The notes under the pieces are model-generated. The model saw only the letters and a program-made list of their open reading frames with translations, did no database searches and was not told the origin of the DNA. A DNA stretch of 64,000 nucleotides from contig CANGMI010000003.1 of NCBI GenBank assembly GCA_947455195.1, positions 135,620 through 199,619 on the forward strand. Reading direction: 5' to 3'. The position numbers and the translations under genes are program-made. Origin of the DNA: Pseudomonadota bacterium. Its GTDB lineage: Bacteria > Pseudomonadota > Gammaproteobacteria > Burkholderiales > SG8-39. Shown here piece after piece: positions 58,765-64,000 of the stretch; position 1 is the stretch's first letter; the number at the start of each line of letters is the position of its first letter.

Positions 58765-59190
58765 ATGTCTTTGCCTGACTCGATCGAAGAACGCCGCAAG
58801 CTCGGCAACCAGGTTCGCCAGCAGGTGCTGGGCACCGGCTACACCGGCCAGACCGCTGCCAAGGCCGACCCCTTCTACTCGAACTTTCTCGAGTTCACGG
58901 TCGACCACTGCTGGGCCAACGTGTGGCTGCGCCCGGGCCTCGAGCACCGCACCCGCAGCATGCTGAACATCGCGATGCTCTCGGTCATGGGGCGCTGGCA
59001 CGAGTTCGAGGTGCATGTGAAGGGGGCGCTCAACAATGGCGTCACGCGCGAGGAGATCGCCGAAGTGCTGCTGCAGGCTGGCGTCTACGGCGGTGTCCCG
59101 ATTGCTTCCGAGGGCTTTCGGCGCGCCAAGGATGTCTTCGCCCGTGAAGACGCGGCTGCCGCTGCGGCAGCGACCGCGACGAAAGGCTGA
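58765..59190 (+). CDS. carboxymuconolactone decarboxylase (CMD/PcaC-like) family protein
   Basis: 141 aa. The strings FLEFTVDHCWANVWLRPGLEHRTRSMLNIAML and GVTREEIAEVLLQAGVYGGVP are present. Confidence 0.85.
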   Translation: MSLPDSIEERRKLGNQVRQQVLGTGYTGQTAAKADPFYSNFLEFTVDHCWANVWLRPGLEHRTRSMLNIAMLSVMGRWHEFEVHVKGALNNGVTREEIAEVLLQAGVYGGVPIASEGFRRAKDVFAREDAAAAAAATATKG

Positions 59191-59196
59191 GCCCCC

Positions 59197-59997
59197 ATGC
59201 CACGTCGCAAGGCAACGCCCATCCGGTCCGACATGGGCTGGAGCACGGCTGATCGCATCTCGGTCAAGGGCCTCGATCTTCCGAGCGAAATCCTCGGCCA
59301 CCTGTCGCTGGGCGACATGGCCTGGCTCGAGATCAAGGGCGTACGCCCAACGCCGGCCGAGTCACGCATCTTCAATGCGCTGCTCTGTACGCTGGTCGAG
59401 CATGGCATGACCCCGTTTGCGCTCGTGACCCGGCTCACTTACCTGGGCGCACCCGAGTCGCTGCAGGCGGCCGTGGCGGCGGGGCTGAGTGGGCTGGGGA
59501 CCACCTTTGCCGGCACGGCAGAAGGCTCGGCACGCATGCTGCAAGCGGTGCTCGGCACCCGGCAGGCCCCGAAGGCGTGTGACGACCTGCCAGCCGCCGC
59601 ACGGCAGATCGTGGCCGACCACCGGGCGCGGCGCGCGAGCATCCCGGGCATCGGTCATCCGGTTCACAAGCCGGTCGATCCGCGGACGCCGCGCCTCTTC
59701 GAAATCGCCCGCGAAACCGGCTTCTACGGACGCCACATCGAACTGATGAGTCTCGTGCAGCAGGAGGCCGAGCGCGCCTCGGGCAAGGTGCTGCCGCTGA
59801 ACGCCACCGGGGCGATGGGCGCGATTCTGTGTGAACTCGACATCGACTGGCGGCTGGCGCGCGGCATTGCGGTGATGGGCCGTGCGGTCGGGTTGGTGGG
59901 GCATATCGCCGAGGAGCTGCGCAACCCGATCGCGAAGGAAATCTACGAGCGGGTCGAAGACGAGGCCAGCGCGCATGCCCGGCCGGATGTCGACTGA
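59197..59997 (+). CDS. citryl-CoA lyase-like protein (short citrate-synthase-fold family)
   Basis: 266 aa. The strings IPGIGHPVHKPVDPR and GRAVGLVGHIAEE mark citrate-synthase catalytic His contexts. Confidence 0.75.
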   Translation: MPRRKATPIRSDMGWSTADRISVKGLDLPSEILGHLSLGDMAWLEIKGVRPTPAESRIFNALLCTLVEHGMTPFALVTRLTYLGAPESLQAAVAAGLSGLGTTFAGTAEGSARMLQAVLGTRQAPKACDDLPAAARQIVADHRARRASIPGIGHPVHKPVDPRTPRLFEIARETGFYGRHIELMSLVQQEAERASGKVLPLNATGAMGAILCELDIDWRLARGIAVMGRAVGLVGHIAEELRNPIAKEIYERVEDEASAHARPDVD

Positions 59998-60000
59998 GCC

Positions 60001-61113
60001 GTGATGCAGCCTGCAACTTCACCGATGAGGCGCTGCACAGGCACTGCCCGGGGTAGCGCCCTGCGTGTTGCCATGCCTGTTGCCCTGCGTGTTGCCCTGC
60101 GTGTTGCCCTGCGTGTCGCCCTGCGTGTTGCCCTGCGTGTCGTCTGGTGTACGCCGCTCGTCGGCCTCGCCGCGCTGACAGCACTTTCGATGCGGCCGGC
60201 CCAGGCACAGACCACCCCCTACCCGCAGCGACCCATCCGGCTGGTGGTCCCCTACGCACCGGGCGGACCCACCGATGTGGTGGGCCGCATGCTCCTCGAG
60301 CGACTCTCGGGCGCGTTCGGTCAGCCGGTCGTGCTCGACAACAAGCCGGGGGCCGGCGGAAACATCGGCGCAGAACTGGTTGCACGTGCCCCCGCCGACG
60401 GATACACGATGATGCTCACCGCTGCAGCGCCCATCGTCATCAATCCGTACCTGTACTCGCGCATGCCCTACGATGCGCAGCGCGATTTCGTGCCGGTGGT
60501 ACTCGCCACCACCGCACCCACCTTCATGGTCGTGCCGGCAAGCCTGCCGGTCACGTCGGTGCGCGAACTCATCGCGCTCGCCCGCTCGCAGCCCGGCAAG
60601 CTCAATTTTGCCTCCTCGGGCATCGGCACCCCACCGCATCTGTCAGGCGAACTGTTCAACCACATGGCAGGGGTCGAGATCACCCATGTACCCTACCGCA
60701 GCGCGCTCGCCGCCACCACGGCGGTGCTCAACGCGGAGGTGGCGCTCGACTTCGACCAGCCGTCGATCCTCGCCCACGTGAAGGCTGGCAAGCTGCGACT
60801 TCTGGCAGTCACCACACCGCGCCGATCGCCGATCGCCCCTGAAGCGCCCACCATGGCCGAAGCGGGCCTGCCGGGCTATGAAGTCACCGCCTGGTACGGG
60901 TTCATGGCCCCGGCCGCCACACCGCGCGACATCGTGCAGCGCTGGGTGACCGAAGTGAGTCGGGTGCTGGCGCTGCCCGAGGTGCGCGATCGCTTTCTGG
61001 CCGTGGGCTTCGAGCCGGGCAGCGGTACGCAGGAGGACTTCGCCGCGTTCCTGCGCGCCGAACACGCCCGCTGGTCACGGGTGGTCCGCGAATCGGGCGC
61101 GCGGGCCGACTGA
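60001..61113 (+). CDS. Bug-family (TctC-like) substrate-binding protein
   Basis: The hallmark string YPQRPIRLVVPYAPGGPTDVVGR is present. The start is at GTG 60001 or ATG 60004, 3 nt after the upstream stop, or at ATG 60073 inside the repeat. Confidence 0.8.
   Translation: MMQPATSPMRRCTGTARGSALRVAMPVALRVALRVALRVALRVALRVVWCTPLVGLAALTALSMRPAQAQTTPYPQRPIRLVVPYAPGGPTDVVGRMLLERLSGAFGQPVVLDNKPGAGGNIGAELVARAPADGYTMMLTAAAPIVINPYLYSRMPYDAQRDFVPVVLATTAPTFMVVPASLPVTSVRELIALARSQPGKLNFASSGIGTPPHLSGELFNHMAGVEITHVPYRSALAATTAVLNAEVALDFDQPSILAHVKAGKLRLLAVTTPRRSPIAPEAPTMAEAGLPGYEVTAWYGFMAPAATPRDIVQRWVTEVSRVLALPEVRDRFLAVGFEPGSGTQEDFAAFLRAEHARWSRVVRESGARAD
60061..60144. repeat. 12-bp in-frame tandem repeat (CTGCGTGTTGCC), 7 units, 4 exact
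   Basis: Units start at 60061, 60073, 60085, 60097, 60109, 60121 and 60133. It encodes (L-R-V-A)n immediately before the hydrophobic signal core. Confidence 0.92.
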
Positions 61114-61224
61114 GCCGGCTGGGCCCAGCGCGCAGGCCGGGCAGGCCGGCGCTGCCGACGCGGTCGGCTTGCCGATTCGGGTCAGCCGCGCCGCAGCGCA
61201 GGCTCAGCGCCTCGATGCCTCATG

Positions 61225-61863
61225 TCACCGAATGACCGGCACCGTGCGCTGCTCGGAGAACCCGAGCGGATCGACCACACCCTGAATCGACCGGCTGGCC
61301 TCGCCCCGACGAACCAGCAGCGCCTCCTGATCGACGGCAAGATCAAGACGCCCGGCCATCTCGACCAGCCGCTGCTGACCGCTCAGCACGATCGGACGCA
61401 CATCGAACCCGGACGCAGCTCCAGTGCGGAGCGCCTTGTCGGACGCAATGACAGACCCGCCAGTACTGCGCCCCAGGGCACGGGCCTCGGCACCACCCAG
61501 CAGACTGAACCGCTCGTGACGGTCAGCCTCGATCACTTCGTTGTCGCGCACCAGCGTCATCGCACGACCGGCCCGCAGGTGGCCCGATACTTCATGCCGC
61601 AACGTCAGCGTGTAAAGACGTTCGCGCGGGCCGGTGATGCGCACGCACGGCCCGAGCATGCCGCGACCACTCACCTTGGCATCGGTGTAGAGCGGAAAGC
61701 TCACCTGCAGCGCCGCCGCCTCGCGCTCTGCCGGCGTGCCATGACCATGCGTGTTGAAAGCCATCACGGCAAAGAGCAGGTCGCGCACGATGTCACGCTC
61801 GTGCATGGGCTGCATCACCAGGATGTCGATATGGTCGGTGATGGAGGCAACCGAAGTGATCAT
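61225..61863 (-). CDS. conserved-looking hypothetical protein (212 aa), divergent from oxyR
   Basis: I chose the start at MITSVASITDHIDILV, because the upstream 70 codons are Arg-rich junk that overlaps the repeat region. I recognise no family. Confidence 0.5.
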   Translation of the reverse strand: MITSVASITDHIDILVMQPMHERDIVRDLLFAVMAFNTHGHGTPAEREAAALQVSFPLYTDAKVSGRGMLGPCVRITGPRERLYTLTLRHEVSGHLRAGRAMTLVRDNEVIEADRHERFSLLGGAEARALGRSTGGSVIASDKALRTGAASGFDVRPIVLSGQQRLVEMAGRLDLAVDQEALLVRRGEASRSIQGVVDPLGFSEQRTVPVIR

Positions 61864-62002
61864 CGAACCTGCGCTCCGCGCCGGTACGCACCGGCATTGA
61901 TGGGGGGCGGGGAATCGGAGGCGCCACCCGTAGCCCGGTTGTTCGGGCATCGCACCACCGGTCGACCTGTCGCGTGCAGAAGTTTCCGCACACCGCGGGC
62001 AA

Positions 62003-62037
62003 CGCCGACGCGCCGACCCTCGCCGACCCTCGCCGAC
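62003..62037. repeat. four direct CGCCGAC heptamers with 8/10/10-bp spacing
   Basis: Copies start at 62003, 62011, 62021 and 62031, in the divergent region between oxyR and the unknown gene. Confidence 0.8.
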
Positions 62038-62118
62038 AAACCGCAGAGACGCAGGGTACAGCGCGACGTGCACGAGAGCAAAATCCGTGTCGGCGCGCCC
62101 TCCGGTACGATCTCGGCC

Positions 62119-63054
62119 ATGACCTACACTGAACTGCGTTACATCCTCGCAGTCGCCCGGACCCGCAACTTCCGGCGGGCCGCCGAGCTGTGCTTCGTGA
62201 GCCAGCCGGCACTGAGCCTGGGCATCCAGAGCATCGAAGCCGAACTGGGCGTACGCATCTTCGAGCGTTCGCGCGCCTCGGTCCAGATCACGCCGGCCGG
62301 TACGCCGATACTGGTACAGGCGCAGCGTGCACTCGACGAGTTCGAACGGGTCCGCACGGTTGCGCGCGAAGGGCTCGACCCGCTCTCGGGGCCGCTCAAG
62401 CTCGGGGTCATCTTCACCATCGGCCCCTATCTCATTCCCGACCTGCTGCCGGCGCTGGCTGAGGTGGCCCCCTTGATGCCGCTGGCCATCGAGGAGAACA
62501 CCACGGCGCAGCTCGCCACGCAGTTGAAGATGGGACAGATCGATGTGGCCATTCTCGCCCTGCCCTTTGGCGGGCCGGGGTTCGCGCTACGCCCGGTGTA
62601 CGACGAGTCGTTTGAAGTCGTGGTGCGCAAGGATCATCCGCTCGCGCGCCTGCGCTCGGTGAAGCCGACACAGCTGAACGAGCACAAGGTGCTGCTTCTC
62701 GGTGAAGAACACTGCTTCGCCAATCAGGTGGCCCAGGCCTGTCCCGGAGTGCGTGACGGCGGCGAAACCCCGGCCGGCAACTCGCTCGAGACCGTGCGCA
62801 ACATGGTGGCCTCCGGCTTTGGCATCACGGTGCTGCCCGCCGCTGCCAATACCGAACGGTATCGATCGCCCTTGCTGCGCTCGATTCCGTTTGCGGCACC
62901 CTCGCCCTATCGTCGGGTGGCGCTGGCCCATCGATCGAGTTACACGCGAATGCCCGCCATCGAAACCCTCGAGCAGGCGCTGCGCGCCCTCGCGTCGCGC
63001 GAACGGCGACTGGTGGCGCCTCGGGTCAGCCGGGCGGCTGCCAGCGGCCGGTAG
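62119..63054 (+). CDS. oxyR: LysR-family hydrogen-peroxide sensor/regulator OxyR
   Basis: The N-terminus is MTYTELRYILAVARTRNFRRAAELCFVSQPALS. The redox Cys pair is spaced as in OxyR (EEHCFANQVAQAC, Cys-x8-Cys). Confidence 0.8.
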   Translation: MTYTELRYILAVARTRNFRRAAELCFVSQPALSLGIQSIEAELGVRIFERSRASVQITPAGTPILVQAQRALDEFERVRTVAREGLDPLSGPLKLGVIFTIGPYLIPDLLPALAEVAPLMPLAIEENTTAQLATQLKMGQIDVAILALPFGGPGFALRPVYDESFEVVVRKDHPLARLRSVKPTQLNEHKVLLLGEEHCFANQVAQACPGVRDGGETPAGNSLETVRNMVASGFGITVLPAAANTERYRSPLLRSIPFAAPSPYRRVALAHRSSYTRMPAIETLEQALRALASRERRLVAPRVSRAAASGR

Positions 63055-63059
63055 CGCGG

Positions 63060-63082
63060 GGCCGCCGCCCGGGTCGGCGGCC
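63060..63082 (+). terminator. GC hairpin after oxyR (8-bp stem, no T-tract)
   Basis: GGCCGCCG-CCCGGGT-CGGCGGCC, 5 nt after the stop. Confidence 0.4.
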
Positions 63083-63231
63083 TGGCAGACATGCGCAGAC
63101 ACCCCCCCGAGTCGCCAGTCTCCTGCAATAATCGGCCGCGGTGCTGGTTTCATGACGCTGAACCCGTGCTGCTCACTGGCGCTCGGATTCCATCGATCGC
63201 CTCCTGCCCTTGATGAATAACGGAAACCTCC

Positions 63232-63573
63232 ATGTCCGAGATCACGACTGAAAGCGGCCTTGTCTACGAAGAACTCGAAGTCGGCGAAGGCGAAACCGCC
63301 CAGGCGGGCATGGCCGTCACGGTTCATTACACCGGCTGGCTCACCGACGGTCGCAAGTTCGATTCGAGCAAGGATCGCAACGACCCGTTCGAATTCAATC
63401 TGGGCCGCGGCCAGGTCATCCGCGGCTGGGATGAAGGCGTGGCCGGCATGAAGGTCGGTGGGCGACGCAAGCTCACCATCCCGCCGCAACTGGGTTACGG
63501 CGCACGCGGCGCCGGTGGTGTGATTCCGCCCAACGCAACGCTGGTATTCGAAGTCGAACTGCTGGGCGTCTAG
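63232..63573 (+). CDS. FKBP-type peptidyl-prolyl cis-trans isomerase
   Basis: 113 aa. The strings [24 protein letters not shown] and [14 protein letters not shown] are present. Confidence 0.9.
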   Translation: MSEITTESGLVYEELEVGEGETAQAGMAVTVHYTGWLTDGRKFDSSKDRNDPFEFNLGRGQVIRGWDEGVAGMKVGGRRKLTIPPQLGYGARGAGGVIPPNATLVFEVELLGV

Positions 63574-63682
63574 ACACCCGCCCGCGGCCAGACACCGACG
63601 CCGCTGACGCCAACCGCGCGCGGGCAGACGGTTACCCGACTGGCCGCGCCTCGATCGCACGACGGCGCAGAGGAGCGCAACG

Positions 63683-64000
63683 ATGGCCGCACTGAACCAT
63701 GCCCTGAAGACCGCACTGACCAGTGCAGTATCGCTGGCCACCCTGTTCGGCCTGTGCACGCCCGTCGCGCAGGGGCAGCAGAGCTACCCCAATCGACCGA
63801 TCACGGTGGTGATTCCGAACGCGCCCGGCGGCAGTTCGGACCCCATCGCGCAGATTGTGGGCGCCAAGCTCACGGAAAGCTGGGGTCAGCAGGTGGTGCT
63901 CGAGCACCGCTCCGGTGCCAACGGGCTCATCGGCTATAACGCCGCGCGGGCCCGACCGGCCGATGGCTACTCGCTCTTTCTGGGCAATGACAGCCAGATG
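63683..64000 (+). CDS. Bug-family (TctC-like) substrate-binding protein (5' fragment, runs off the window end)
   Basis: My own translation from the ATG at 63683 gives MAALNHALKTALTSAVSLATLFGLCTPVAQGQQSYPNRPITVVIPNAPGGSSDPIAQ... It is absent from the ORF track because it has no stop within the window. Confidence 0.75.
   Translation, partial: MAALNHALKTALTSAVSLATLFGLCTPVAQGQQSYPNRPITVVIPNAPGGSSDPIAQIVGAKLTESWGQQVVLEHRSGANGLIGYNAARARPADGYSLFLGNDSQM

Noticed and set aside
60061-60144. CRISPR-like appearance of the regularly repeated units here and at 49013 and 10317.
   Set aside because: These are contiguous 12-bp units with no spacers, located inside coding sequence, and there are no cas genes. 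They are simple in-frame tandem repeats.

Overview
GC-rich chromosomal segment; third codon positions are mostly G/C, but I did not compute a GC value. It looks betaproteobacterial, probably Burkholderiales. Supporting this are six Bug/TctC-type solute receptors, gshA-gshB-PTS EIIA synteny, and a complete atpIBEFHAGDC operon. I call about 60 protein genes and one tRNA-Arg(CCG). Housekeeping content: glutathione synthesis, cytochrome c5, ilvD, lgt, F1Fo ATP synthase, oxyR and an FKBP isomerase. The remainder is transporter-linked catabolic clusters: (i) 9.4-20.3 kb, a CoA-transferase / acyl-CoA dehydrogenase / enoyl-CoA hydratase locus; (ii) 35-48 kb, a locus with an enolase-superfamily enzyme, an M24 hydrolase, an opine-dehydrogenase-like enzyme, a TRAP transporter and a GMC oxidoreductase; (iii) 56-61 kb, a run of MarR, LLM monooxygenase, an unknown ExxH protein, CMD, a citryl-CoA-lyase-like gene and a Bug receptor. 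I saw no transposase, integrase, phage gene, CRISPR array, toxin-antitoxin pair or recognisable defence gene, so I cannot claim a clear novel system. The observations most worth follow-up are: (1) a structured leader upstream of the DsbD/ScsB-family gene that ends in the window's only canonical intrinsic terminator; (2) an identical inverted-repeat motif present twice, bracketing three hydrolase genes; (3) a compositionally atypical lipoprotein lipase and lipoprotein pair; (4) in-frame 12-bp tandem repeats in the signal-peptide n-regions of two Bug receptors and at the N-terminus of a PF10136-type membrane protein; (5) the uncharacterised MarR-linked operon containing a putative di-iron protein; (6) a 13-bp perfect inverted repeat that sequesters a ribosome-binding site. 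All family calls rest on motif and sequence recognition by eye. No database search was run.
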